DNA from: Phycisphaerae bacterium | Lineage (GTDB): Bacteria > Planctomycetota > Phycisphaerae > WQYP01 | DNA: 64,000 nt | Assembly (NCBI GenBank): GCA_035504095.1 | Contig: DATJSN010000070.1 | Location: forward strand, 12,248-76,247 | Direction of reading: 5' to 3' | Translations under genes and position numbers: made by a program | Notes under the pieces: model-generated | Told to the model about the DNA's origin: nothing | Seen by the model: only the letters and a program-made list of their open reading frames with translations | Databases searched by the model: none | Part shown: positions 8,795-18,008 of the stretch, one piece after another | Layout: each line of letters starts with the position of its first letter | Position numbering within the stretch: the first letter of the stretch is position 1

Positions 8795-8967
8795 CTCTCC
8801 AACGTCCGATTAGAGCTCTCTGAGCGTCTGCAGGTCGCCTTTAATCGCTGCCTATTTAAGCAGCTATAATCCGAAGCGGTACCCGCCGCGACAAGCCAAG
8901 TACTCAGAGTTGCCACGACTAGAGCCAATCGAATATGAGAATGATTGGTTCGTATGTGCACAGACAC
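8795..8967 (-). pseudogene. Decayed 5' fragment of a third Sel1-repeat gene
   Basis: It translates to MSVHIRTNHSHIRLALVVATLSTWLVAAGTASDYS, homologous to the signal peptides and N-termini of the two downstream Sel1 genes. The DNA stays alignable to 6735-6800 (..ATTAAAGGCGAC..AGAGAGCTC..) but carries a 1-nt frameshift and an in-frame TAA. No repeats follow. Confidence 0.7.
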
Positions 8968-9359
8968 ATCCTATTAAAATCAGCGGTCGAAATTAAAGGG
9001 GAAGTTGTAATTTAATATGCTACTCAATAATAAATATGAAATAAGCTGATAACATTTTTAATTTTTATCAAATGTGGCTGGACATTTAATTTATAGGGAG
9101 ACTCTTGTCTTTTGTCGTTCTCAAATTGTGCTTGCATGGTGAGAAAAACAAGCGGTTCAAATCAACAACGTACGATTAATGCACCGTATGAACATAATTA
9201 TTTTCAAGCAATAACACGGGAGAAAAGTGATTTTTTAACAACTACAGAAGTTTCATAGAAATATTCTGATCAAGCATCCCGCAAAAATAACAGTTATTAT
9301 AATCTGGCCAAGAAGTTGCGCAAGTTTTTATACTTTTTAAACTTTCTCTTGATCATCAA

Positions 9360-10568
9360 ATGATTTTCGTCGATGATGTTGGCTGGCATTGGGGGAGCAG
9401 TTTGAATTTGGAGATTTTCACTTTGGACTCGCGCGAACGGGAATTACTCCGCATCATCTGGGTCAGCGGCCGGCTGAGCCGATGGGAGCTCCACGAACGT
9501 TCGGGGCAAACGCCGAACGGCGTCGGAATAGTCGCGGGGCGGCTGTTGGAACAGGGAATTTTGCGCGAATGCCCCTCGGAGCCATCGGGTGGCGGCAGAC
9601 CCAGAATTCCGCTGGAAATTGATCCGGCGCAACGGCATGTTGTGGGGTTAATGATACTCCCGAACGCGGTGGAAATTTGCCGGATGAACCTGTATGGCAA
9701 CGTTATCGGCAAACCGCAACGCCGGAGTGTATTAGAGAATGAAGATGTTGTTTCGACCGGCGCCAGGATGCTGCAGGAAATGGTCTCCAGAAAAACGCTT
9801 TCGGTCGGCATCGGTATCGCCGGCCTTATGGACCAGGAAACACATTCACTCATGCTTAACGCCGCGGCGTCCGAGCAGCGCGGGATTTCACTTCAGCCGC
9901 TTTATGAAGCGATCGGGGAATGTCCTTTTGTTCTGGTGAACAACCTGCTCTCGCTTGCGGCGCGCTGGGCGCTAACCCATCGCGCCGAGTTTGATCAAGA
10001 CGTGCTTCTTGTGGCATTTGGCGACGCGCACCTGGGCGCCGCGATGTTAATTCAGGGCAAACCCAACCGCGGCTGCATGATGGGCGCCAACGAACTCGGA
10101 CACACGCGTTTGCCGGTGGAAACAGAAGTTTGTTTTTGCGGGCACACCGGATGCCTGGAACGTATTTGTTCGTCCAGCTTTCTTCATAGCAATGGCGTGC
10201 CAGCCAACAGAACGTTGCAGGACCTGCTGTCCGGTGAAGAAGACAACGCGGCAGTCGAAAAGCTGATCGAACTGTTGAGCATGGGCATCGCCAATGGTGT
10301 TAATTTCGTGCGACCGCATAGGCTGGTGCTGGTAAGCGATTTAACGCGAAGCAAAAAATTCGATCAAACGCTGATGCGGCGCATCGATTCAATGCTGCTG
10401 CCGGAACTTGCCACGCGCGTCCGCATTGACGCGTGGGATATTCAAAGTTTTAATACGGCGGAGACGGCCGGATGGACCGCATTAGCCGGTTTTTACTCCG
10501 ATTCCTGGGAGCCATACAACACAACGCCACAACAGAAAATTCCTTCTGAACCCGTCTGGAGGGCATAG
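9360..10568 (+). CDS. ROK-family transcriptional regulator (NagC/Mlc-like)
   Basis: 402 aa. It has an N-terminal winged-helix (LLRIIWVSGRLSRWELHERSGQTPNGVGIVAGRLLEQGIL), a sugar-kinase-like fold and the ROK zinc motif (GHTRLPVETEVCFCGHTGCLE). The exact start is uncertain. Confidence 0.85.
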   Translation: MIFVDDVGWHWGSSLNLEIFTLDSRERELLRIIWVSGRLSRWELHERSGQTPNGVGIVAGRLLEQGILRECPSEPSGGGRPRIPLEIDPAQRHVVGLMILPNAVEICRMNLYGNVIGKPQRRSVLENEDVVSTGARMLQEMVSRKTLSVGIGIAGLMDQETHSLMLNAAASEQRGISLQPLYEAIGECPFVLVNNLLSLAARWALTHRAEFDQDVLLVAFGDAHLGAAMLIQGKPNRGCMMGANELGHTRLPVETEVCFCGHTGCLERICSSSFLHSNGVPANRTLQDLLSGEEDNAAVEKLIELLSMGIANGVNFVRPHRLVLVSDLTRSKKFDQTLMRRIDSMLLPELATRVRIDAWDIQSFNTAETAGWTALAGFYSDSWEPYNTTPQQKIPSEPVWRA

Positions 10569-10661
10569 ACATGCATTTGCCCCTTTGGTGGCTGGCCCGC
10601 TTTTTCATGGCCGCGACCACAAAATCGACCGGATAAAGATAATTGACCCGGCGGCAAAAAT

Positions 10662-12620
10662 TCATCTTTCATGCCAGCGGACGAAACCCTCGATCGCTTC
10701 ATATTCCGCCAGACCGAGTCGGTCATAAATTTTGGCCGTCGCACGGTTGCGGTCTTGGGCTCTTTGCCAAAATTCCCGCTGATCCACGCCGGGAAACATG
10801 GCCCGGTCTTTTTGCGATTGATGTTTGAAGATGGCAAGACGTTTACGAAGCAATTCGTCGGGCGAAAGAGGCACGGCCATTTCGATTTTTTCGGGCTCCC
10901 ATTCCTGCCAGGCGCCTCGATAAAGCCAGATTTCGCAGTTGCCGATCCATCCGGAAGCGCCGGCGGTTTTTCTGATGCATTTGATCGCTTCCAATACCGC
11001 CGCAAGACATATCCGATGCGTGCCATGGGGGTCGGAAAGATCTCCCGCGGCGTAAATCTGATGAGGTTTAATCTTTTTTAACAAATCAATGGTCAGTCGA
11101 ATTTCCTGCCGGCTCAGGGGACGTTTGCGTATGCCCCCCGTTTCATAAAACGGCAGATTCATGAAATGCAGCCGCTCTGGGGCAATGCCGCACGAGCGAC
11201 CTGCGGCACGGGCTTCGCCCTGACGTATCAGGCTTTTGATTTTTTGAACTTCGACTGAGTCAATTTGCCCGGGCTTTTTTTTATGCAGGAATTCCTCGAT
11301 GTGTTTTTCGACCCGGGAGGCTTCCCGTGCACCGCCAATGCCGAAGAGTTGATTGAACTGGGCGGCAAAATCCGCGAAACGAACAGCATCGGTGTCAAAA
11401 ACCGCGATGTTACCCGACGTCTGATAGGCAATATGGACTTCGTGCCCCTGGTCGGCAAGGCGAATCAGCGTGCCACCCATGGAAATGACGTCATCATCGG
11501 GATGCGGAGAAAAAATCAGCACGCGCTTGGGGAAAACGGCGTCGGTGGGTCGATTAATGTCGCCGGGGCGTTTCATGCCGGCCGGCTTGCCGCCAGGCCA
11601 GCCCGTAATGGTTTCCTGCAAGGCCCGAAAAACACTGATGTTGATTTCATACGCCGACTCGCGCGCCGCGACCAGATCCTGCAGGCCGTGTTCGTTGTAA
11701 TCTTCGTCGGTCAGTTTAAGAATCGGCTTGTTGAGAGTTTCGGCAAGCCATATAACCGCCTTTCGCGTCATCCGGTCATTCCAGACCACGCCGGCCGGCG
11801 GCGCGGTGGAAACAAGCCAGGGAGTTTTGAAACGCGTCAACTCAGCCGCGGCAGCCAGGTCAAGCAGAATCTGTGCGCTGGCATGTTCCTGGAGGAAACT
11901 GGCGGCCACGGAAGGTGTCACGGGCCCTTCAACGGCACGGGCAATCATGTGTGCCTTATGTTCGCCGAAGGCAACGAGAAGGATTTTTTTAGCTTCAAGA
12001 ATGGTTCCCACACCCATGGTGATCGCGCGGCGCGGGACATGTTCTTCGCCGAAAAAATCCGATGCAGCATCCTGCCGGGTTATGTGATCCAGAGTGATCA
12101 GGCGCGTGCGCGACTCACGGCTAGATCCAGGCTCATTGAAGCCGATGTGCCCGGTGCGCCCGACGCCGAGCAACAGCAAATCCATGCCGCCAGTATTGGC
12201 GATTTGTTTTTCATATTTCCGGCAGTATTCCGCCATCCGTTCGATCGGAACCGTGCCGTCCGGAATATGGACATTTTTCGGATCAATATCAACGTGATCG
12301 AAGAGTTGTTCATGCGTGAAGCGCCAATAGGACTGAAGTTCTTCGCGACCCATTGGGTAGTATTCGTCCAGATTGAACGTGACGACATTTTTAAAGGAAA
12401 GCTCGCCGGCTTTGTGGAGCCGAATCAATTCCTGATAAATACCCATGGGAGTAGAACCCGTCGCGAGCCCGAGCACGCACGGCTGATTTTGGCCCTTGCG
12501 GAGGCGAATCAGAGCGGCAATTTCACCGGCGACAGCAGCGTTAACCTCGGAAGCGTCGGCAAAAACACGCACATTGATTCGTTCCCGATGATCGAGATTA
12601 AGATTCTCCGCAGCGGACAT
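10662..12620 (-). CDS. nagB: Glucosamine-6-phosphate deaminase (NagB) fused to a PIG-L/LmbE-type deacetylase domain
   Basis: 652 aa. The N-terminal half is NagB/6-PGL-fold (VLGLATGSTPMGIYQELI, FNLDEYYPM, LLLGVGRTGHIGFNEPGS). The C-terminal half carries the LmbE/PIG-L signature (VLIFSPHPDDDVISMGGTL...HEVHIAYQTSG...HGTH). Confidence 0.85.
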   Translation of the reverse strand: MSAAENLNLDHRERINVRVFADASEVNAAVAGEIAALIRLRKGQNQPCVLGLATGSTPMGIYQELIRLHKAGELSFKNVVTFNLDEYYPMGREELQSYWRFTHEQLFDHVDIDPKNVHIPDGTVPIERMAEYCRKYEKQIANTGGMDLLLLGVGRTGHIGFNEPGSSRESRTRLITLDHITRQDAASDFFGEEHVPRRAITMGVGTILEAKKILLVAFGEHKAHMIARAVEGPVTPSVAASFLQEHASAQILLDLAAAAELTRFKTPWLVSTAPPAGVVWNDRMTRKAVIWLAETLNKPILKLTDEDYNEHGLQDLVAARESAYEINISVFRALQETITGWPGGKPAGMKRPGDINRPTDAVFPKRVLIFSPHPDDDVISMGGTLIRLADQGHEVHIAYQTSGNIAVFDTDAVRFADFAAQFNQLFGIGGAREASRVEKHIEEFLHKKKPGQIDSVEVQKIKSLIRQGEARAAGRSCGIAPERLHFMNLPFYETGGIRKRPLSRQEIRLTIDLLKKIKPHQIYAAGDLSDPHGTHRICLAAVLEAIKCIRKTAGASGWIGNCEIWLYRGAWQEWEPEKIEMAVPLSPDELLRKRLAIFKHQSQKDRAMFPGVDQREFWQRAQDRNRATAKIYDRLGLAEYEAIEGFVRWHER

Positions 12621-12651
12621 CGCGACTCCGATTTGGTTTTGTTAGAAGCTC

Positions 12652-12877
12652 CTGATGTTGATTATAATAAAAACCACTTTGTCCGGGGAATTTTGAATAC
12701 TTGGCAACGTAACCGTTTCGGATTATCCGGATCAGCGGCCGGCTGAGCCGCCCGGAACTTCTTGCGCGGCCTGTACAAATTCCCAATGCGCCGGCGCACT
12801 AGAGGGCGACTTTTAGAACAGGGAATATGGCACCCGGAACCTTCCGGCAGACCACAAGCCAACTTTTCGGAGCAACG
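12652..12877 (+). pseudogene. Relic of the 5' (HTH-coding) end of a second ROK regulator gene
   Basis: Colinear with 9400-9610 of the intact ROK gene, with a 19-nt exact block TCAGCGGCCGGCTGAGCCG (12732-12750 vs 9463-9481). Translations RIIRISGRLSRPEL and GRLLEQGIWHPEPSGRP match RIIWVSGRLSRWEL and GRLLEQGILRECPSEPSGGGRP. The relic is interrupted by TAG at 12800-12802 and by a frameshift. Confidence 0.65.
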
Positions 12878-14692
12878 ATGCACCTGGCCCCGCTCGACTG
12901 GATCGTCATCACAGGTTGCATGGCCGTATGTTTTCTGCCCGCGCTGTTTTTCACGAAACGTTCTTCCCGGAACACCGCTGAATTTTTCGCTTCCGGCCGG
13001 GCGGTACCGTGGTGGCTGGCCGGCGTTTCCATGGTCGCGACCACTTTTGCCAGCGACACACCCAACCTGGTTACGGATATCGTGCGAACCAACGGCGTCG
13101 CAGGGAACTGGCAATGGTGGGCGTTTGTACTCAGCGGTATGGCCACGGTCTTTTTCTATGCCCGGTTATGGCGGCGATCGCGCGTGCTGACCGATCTGGA
13201 GTTTTACGAGATTCGATATTCCGGCGTCGCGGCGGAAATCGTCCGCGGATTTCGCGCCATTTACCTGGGGTTCTTTTTCAATTGTTTTATCATGGCCACG
13301 GTCAATCTTGCAGCCTGCAAAGACGCTTCGATACTTTTCGGCATTGAGCCGTGGAAAACGCTGATCTTTGTCTGCGTGATCAATTTTGTTTTCGCGGCGC
13401 AGTCCGGCCTCTGGGGCGTGTTGGTACTCGACATGATTCAATTTGTCATCAAGATGAGCGCCGTGATCGCCGCAGCGTACTTCGCGCTGAAGCAACCGCA
13501 GGTCGGCGGGCTGCGCGGCCTGGTGCAAAAACTTTCCGCGTCGAGCGGCCCCGGCCATATTCACTGGCTGAACATTCTTCCCGATTTCCACAACTCATGG
13601 GATGTTTTGCTGACCATCTTTGTCGTTCCGCTGAGCGTGCAGTGGTGGGCTTCGTGGTATCCCGGTTCGGAACCGGGCGGCGGCAGCTATATCGCGCAGC
13701 GCATGCTCGCCTGCCGATCGGAAAAAGACGCACTCGCCGGCGTGCTTTTTTTCAATCTCGCGCATTACGTTCTGCGACCCTGGCCGTGGATTCTCACCGG
13801 ACTGGCCTCCATTTTGGTATTTCCCCAGCTATCTGATATCCAGAAAGCTTTCCCGCACATGGATCCCTCGCTATTGGGTGATGACATCGCTTACCCGGCC
13901 ATGCTCAAGTTTCTGCCGGTGGGTTTTCTGGGATTGATGATCGGCGGTTTAATTGTGGCCAATTCGTCGACGATTTTGACCCATTTGAACTGGGGCGCCT
14001 CCTATCTGGTGCATGATTTTTACCAGCGATTTATTTGTCCCGATCGCAAGGAAAAACATTATGTGTTCATGGGGCGCTGTTCGATTCTGTTTCTGGCCCT
14101 GTGTGCTTCACTTCTGACTTATTTTCTGGGTACGGCGCAAAACGCTTTTCACGTGATCATCCAGATCGGCGCGGGCACGGGCCTGCTGTACCTGCTGCGC
14201 TGGTTCTGGTGGCGGATCAACGCCTGGTGTGAAATTGTCGCCATGGTCAGTTCGTTTCTGATTTCCGCGGTATTCTTATTTTTGAACCGGATGGGACACG
14301 CCGTAGCCGATCCGTGGCCGCTGCTGATTACCGTTGCGTTTACCACGATTTGCTGGCTTTTGACCGCATGGCTCGGACCTCAGACGCCGATTAATACTCT
14401 GATCGCGTTTTATAAAAAAATCCTGCCGTCCGGACCCGGCTGGGAGCCGGTGCGCATCGCGGCGGGGGTTTCCCGAGAACAGGTACGCGCCACCGGCGAT
14501 AAAGTGCCGCTTTCGCTTTTGGGCTGGGCGGCCGGTTGCGTGGTGGTCTGGTCGGGTTTGTTTTCGCTGGGCGCGTTTTTCTACTCTCAAATGATCCTCA
14601 CGGCAGTTCTCGGATTTGTTTTCGCCGCCTCTGGTGTTGTTTTAATCTGGGTGGTCAATCGGCTGTGGTGCGCCAGTGAATTGCCTAACTGA
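12878..14692 (+). CDS. Sodium:solute symporter (SSF) family transporter
   Basis: About 13 predicted TM helices with an SSF-like sequence (FFASGRAVPWWLAGVSMVATTFASDTP). I prefer ATG 12878 (GGAG 7 nt upstream, TM1 starts immediately). The track start 12827 lies inside the ROK relic. Confidence 0.8.
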   Translation: MHLAPLDWIVITGCMAVCFLPALFFTKRSSRNTAEFFASGRAVPWWLAGVSMVATTFASDTPNLVTDIVRTNGVAGNWQWWAFVLSGMATVFFYARLWRRSRVLTDLEFYEIRYSGVAAEIVRGFRAIYLGFFFNCFIMATVNLAACKDASILFGIEPWKTLIFVCVINFVFAAQSGLWGVLVLDMIQFVIKMSAVIAAAYFALKQPQVGGLRGLVQKLSASSGPGHIHWLNILPDFHNSWDVLLTIFVVPLSVQWWASWYPGSEPGGGSYIAQRMLACRSEKDALAGVLFFNLAHYVLRPWPWILTGLASILVFPQLSDIQKAFPHMDPSLLGDDIAYPAMLKFLPVGFLGLMIGGLIVANSSTILTHLNWGASYLVHDFYQRFICPDRKEKHYVFMGRCSILFLALCASLLTYFLGTAQNAFHVIIQIGAGTGLLYLLRWFWWRINAWCEIVAMVSSFLISAVFLFLNRMGHAVADPWPLLITVAFTTICWLLTAWLGPQTPINTLIAFYKKILPSGPGWEPVRIAAGVSREQVRATGDKVPLSLLGWAAGCVVVWSGLFSLGAFFYSQMILTAVLGFVFAASGVVLIWVVNRLWCASELPN

Positions 14693-14706
14693 AAAAAACA
14701 GTGATA

Positions 14707-16290
14707 TCAGTTGTTGTCGGCCTGGAGTTTTTTGGCCTCCGCGGCCCAATACTGCGATTCTTTGAGGTCGCGCGCCACGCCTTGGCCCTGGGCGTACAGA
14801 TTGGATAATGCGGTCGCCGCGTCGGCGTATCCATCATTGGCGGCTTTGCGATACCAATCGGCGGCCTGTACGTAATCCTGATTTACGCCTTCGCCGTGTT
14901 CATAGGCATAACCCAAACTGTATTCTCCATAAGGATCGCCGTTCTGCGCCGCCATGCGGTAACAATATGCGGCGGCCACCAGATCGGGTTCGACACCCTG
15001 GCCGTAATAAAAACAATCCCCGAGGTGACTTTCGGCCTGTGGCTGGCCGGCGACCGCGGCTTTTTTGAGCCAGTAAAACGCCTTGTCATAATCTTTCGTT
15101 ACGCCCAGACCGTTCTGATAGGCATATCCAATGTTAAATTCACCATCCTCATCGCCAGTGTCCGCGGCTTTCTGATACCACTGATTGGCCAGCAGATAAT
15201 CCTGTTTAATTCCCTGTCCATAATAGTAGCTGTCGCCAAGGTTGTTGTAGGCCTGAACGTTTCCATTTTCCGCCGCGCGCTTATACCAATAGAACGCCTC
15301 GTGATAATCCTGTCTGACGCCATTGCCATCGGCATACAATTGGCCGAGATTATTTTGTGCGTCCGCCTGGCCGGCCTGCGCGGCTAAAAAGTACCAGTGC
15401 ACTGCCTGTTTAAAGTCCTGTTTGACACCCTCGCCGTGTTCATAGGCATAACCCAGATTGAATTGTCCCTGAGAATCGCCGTCGTTGGCGGCTTTCTGGT
15501 ACCAGGTGAAAGATTTGGGGTAGTCCTGGTTTACGCCATGGCCATAGTAATAGCAGTCGCCCAAGGCGTTTTCCGCAGCAGCGTCGCCGGGGTTCGCATC
15601 GGCGCTTCTGCGGTACCAATAAACGGCTTGGCTGTAATCCTGCTGGATACCTTCACCGTTATCGTAGGCATATCCAAGGTTGTATTGAGCGTCAGGATCG
15701 TCACCTTCAGCGCCTTTGTGGTACCAACTGACCGCTTCACGAAAATTTTTGTCCACGCCCTGGCCATAGTAATAGCAATCTCCGACGCTGTTTTCCGCGG
15801 CGGTATTGCCTTTTTGCGCCGCCTGAAGATACCAATGCAGAGCCTGCACATAATCCTGATTTGTTCCGTTGCCGTTGGAATATGCGTCGCCGAGATCATC
15901 CATGCCCGACGCATTGCCGCCGGCCGCCGCTTTTTGAAATAGTTTAAAAGCTTCGAAGGAATCTTTTTTTACACCCTGGCCGAAAGCATACGCTTCACCC
16001 AGATCGTCCATCGCTTCGGTGTTTCCCGCATCAGCGGCTTTCTGGTACCAGACGAATGACTGGGAATAATTATTGATATTGTTGTAGTAATCGCCGAGCT
16101 TCAATTGAGCAATCGGGTTACCCGCGTCGGCGGCGGCTTTTAGACGGGCCAGCGCGGATTTATCGCCATGCTGGGCGGCGAGGCTCCATGCATCATATGG
16201 TACAGGAGCGGAAGCGTCGTCAGCCCGGGCGGCGCCGGACCCCAGCCCCGCGGCAATCGCCAGGATTGAAAAAAGCAATGCGGATTTCAT
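14707..16290 (-). CDS. Secreted Sel1-repeat protein (~13 repeats)
   Basis: 527 aa with signal peptide MKSALLFSILAIAAGLGSGAARA. It has the same alternating Sel1 subtypes as 6983-8668. Confidence 0.9.
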   Translation of the reverse strand: MKSALLFSILAIAAGLGSGAARADDASAPVPYDAWSLAAQHGDKSALARLKAAADAGNPIAQLKLGDYYNNINNYSQSFVWYQKAADAGNTEAMDDLGEAYAFGQGVKKDSFEAFKLFQKAAAGGNASGMDDLGDAYSNGNGTNQDYVQALHWYLQAAQKGNTAAENSVGDCYYYGQGVDKNFREAVSWYHKGAEGDDPDAQYNLGYAYDNGEGIQQDYSQAVYWYRRSADANPGDAAAENALGDCYYYGHGVNQDYPKSFTWYQKAANDGDSQGQFNLGYAYEHGEGVKQDFKQAVHWYFLAAQAGQADAQNNLGQLYADGNGVRQDYHEAFYWYKRAAENGNVQAYNNLGDSYYYGQGIKQDYLLANQWYQKAADTGDEDGEFNIGYAYQNGLGVTKDYDKAFYWLKKAAVAGQPQAESHLGDCFYYGQGVEPDLVAAAYCYRMAAQNGDPYGEYSLGYAYEHGEGVNQDYVQAADWYRKAANDGYADAATALSNLYAQGQGVARDLKESQYWAAEAKKLQADNN

Positions 16291-16319
16291 AGAGTTATTT
16301 TAACTTTCAGGGCATTCAT

Positions 16320-16865
16320 TTATAAGCGCTTAAATGCGCGAGATTTAAGCACCACCACGTCGGGTAAATTGCGATAATAGTGATTGAAATCCATGCCGTA
16401 GCCAACCACGAATTCATCGGGAATTTCAAAACCGATGAAATCCGCGGTAAGTTTTTTCTCCCTGGCGCAATGCTTTCTTAACAGCACGCACGTGCGAACC
16501 GACGCCGCCCGCCGGCGTAAAAGCAGTTTGTGAATCGCCGTAAGGCTTCGGCCCGTTTCCAAAACGTCATCCACCACCAGCACATGCCGGCCGGCGACGC
16601 TTAACGCCCCGGGGAAGAGAATTTTGGCTCCACGGCTTTTTGTACTGCGGCCCGGATAACTGGAAACGGTTACCAGGTCCACGCGCATTTTCACAGGCAT
16701 ATAACGGATCAGGTCGGCGGTAAAAATCATCGAGCCGGTTAATATCGGCACCAGCAGAATTTCCTTGCCGCGATAGACCCGCGCGATGCGCTGCGCAAGC
16801 TGCTGGACGCGCCGATCAATGGTCTTGCGGTGGAGCAGAATGCTTTGAATGTCGGTATCAGGCAT
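16320..16865 (-). CDS. hpt: Hypoxanthine(-guanine) phosphoribosyltransferase
   Basis: 181 aa with the PRPP-binding loop VLVVDDVLETGRSL and the C-terminal FVVGYGMDFNHYYRNLPDV motif typical of Hpt. Confidence 0.9.
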   Translation of the reverse strand: MPDTDIQSILLHRKTIDRRVQQLAQRIARVYRGKEILLVPILTGSMIFTADLIRYMPVKMRVDLVTVSSYPGRSTKSRGAKILFPGALSVAGRHVLVVDDVLETGRSLTAIHKLLLRRRAASVRTCVLLRKHCAREKKLTADFIGFEIPDEFVVGYGMDFNHYYRNLPDVVVLKSRAFKRL

Positions 16866-17100
16866 GGAAAAAGAATAACGGGAATTGCCGAGTTAACCAA
16901 ATCGGATTAAGAGTAAGAACTTCTAAGCCTTGCGTGGTAAAAGATGGTAATATGAGCCTATGGGGAACAGGATCGCGGTTCATCGTCCGCGGAGGGAAAT
17001 TTACGCTGCCGGCAAGCGGTGCATTCGTGGGAAATTTTCTGGACCGATTGGAAAATTACTGGCCACCGAAGCGGCGGGCGGCGAAGAGATTGCCGCCAAA

Positions 17101-17595
17101 ATGAACCCGGAACTCACGCTTCATGGCAACGAAATCGTCATTTTGATGGTCCGACCATCGTTGTGGTATATATTCGCCGGAAGTTTTCGCTTCAATGCAA
17201 TTTTCGTTCTTTTGGCTCTGCTGATTTACCACACCCAGTTGCTCGCAACCTATATCCGCGCGACGGCACTGGCTGAAATCACAACTATTCTCGTGCTGAT
17301 CAGGCTGGTATATGCCATGATGGATTGGACCAGTCAGGTGTATCTTTTAACCAATTGCCGGGTTGTGACCATCAAGGGATTATTGCACCCGGAGCTTTAC
17401 CAGGTGAGCTTGCCGAAAATTTCCCAGACACGATTGATGCGCTCGGTTGTTCAGCAATTATTTAAGGTCGGAAGCATCGGATTTGTGGTCACCGATCAGA
17501 TTGAGCCGGAGGGGATATGGGAGTGGATCAGCCATCCGGATCGCGTGCAGCAGCAAATCGAGGCGGCGCTGAAAAAGCGGGGCGGAAATACGTGA
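17101..17595 (+). CDS. Membrane protein with bacterial PH (bPH_2/YdbS-like) domain
   Basis: Two TM helices followed by WTSQVYLLTNCRVVTIKGLL...ISQTRL...LFKVGSIGF, a pattern resembling bPH_2. The start is ambiguous (ATG 17101 vs 16960). Confidence 0.5.
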   Translation: MNPELTLHGNEIVILMVRPSLWYIFAGSFRFNAIFVLLALLIYHTQLLATYIRATALAEITTILVLIRLVYAMMDWTSQVYLLTNCRVVTIKGLLHPELYQVSLPKISQTRLMRSVVQQLFKVGSIGFVVTDQIEPEGIWEWISHPDRVQQQIEAALKKRGGNT

Positions 17596-17631
17596 GGACG
17601 GATGAATCTGGGCGAGGGAACGTGAGTAAAT

Positions 17632-17892
17632 CTATGATGCCCCGCTGGCGCCGACATAGGGAAGCAGCCCCAGAAAACGGGCGCGTTTAACGGCTTCGGT
17701 GATCATGCGCTGTTCGAAAGCGGCGGCGCCTGTGCGGGTACGGCCCTGAATTTTGCCGTTCATGGTGAGCATTTTTTTGAGCGTTTCGACGTCTTTATAG
17801 TCCACGTAAACCTTGCCCTTGCTGCTGGTTTTAGCGATGCGAACCTTGGGGCGGTTGAACGATTGAAACCGCGGCTTGCGAGTCTGCGCCAT
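17632..17892 (-). CDS. rpsR: 30S ribosomal protein S18
   Basis: 86 aa. VDYKDVETLKKMLTMNGKIQGRTRTGAAAFEQRMITEAVKRARFLGLLPYV is a classic S18 core. Confidence 0.9.
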   Translation of the reverse strand: MAQTRKPRFQSFNRPKVRIAKTSSKGKVYVDYKDVETLKKMLTMNGKIQGRTRTGAAAFEQRMITEAVKRARFLGLLPYVGASGAS

Positions 17893-18008
17893 TTGAGAAA
17901 ACCTTTCTTTTTTGGATCACGCGTCCGAATTTTCCGCCGCGGCGAACGTCGCCGGGGCGGTCCGAATGATGGATAACCGCATTATTGCGCGATTACGTGA
18001 ACCACGGA

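Noticed and set aside
9136-9252. 38-codon ATG ORF inside the AT-rich island.
   Set aside because: It has no ribosome-binding site, its composition is dictated by AT-rich DNA, and it shows no recognisable peptide features.
11265-12746. 493-aa plus-strand ORF.
   Set aside because: It is entirely antisense to the NagB-LmbE gene and has no recognisable motif.
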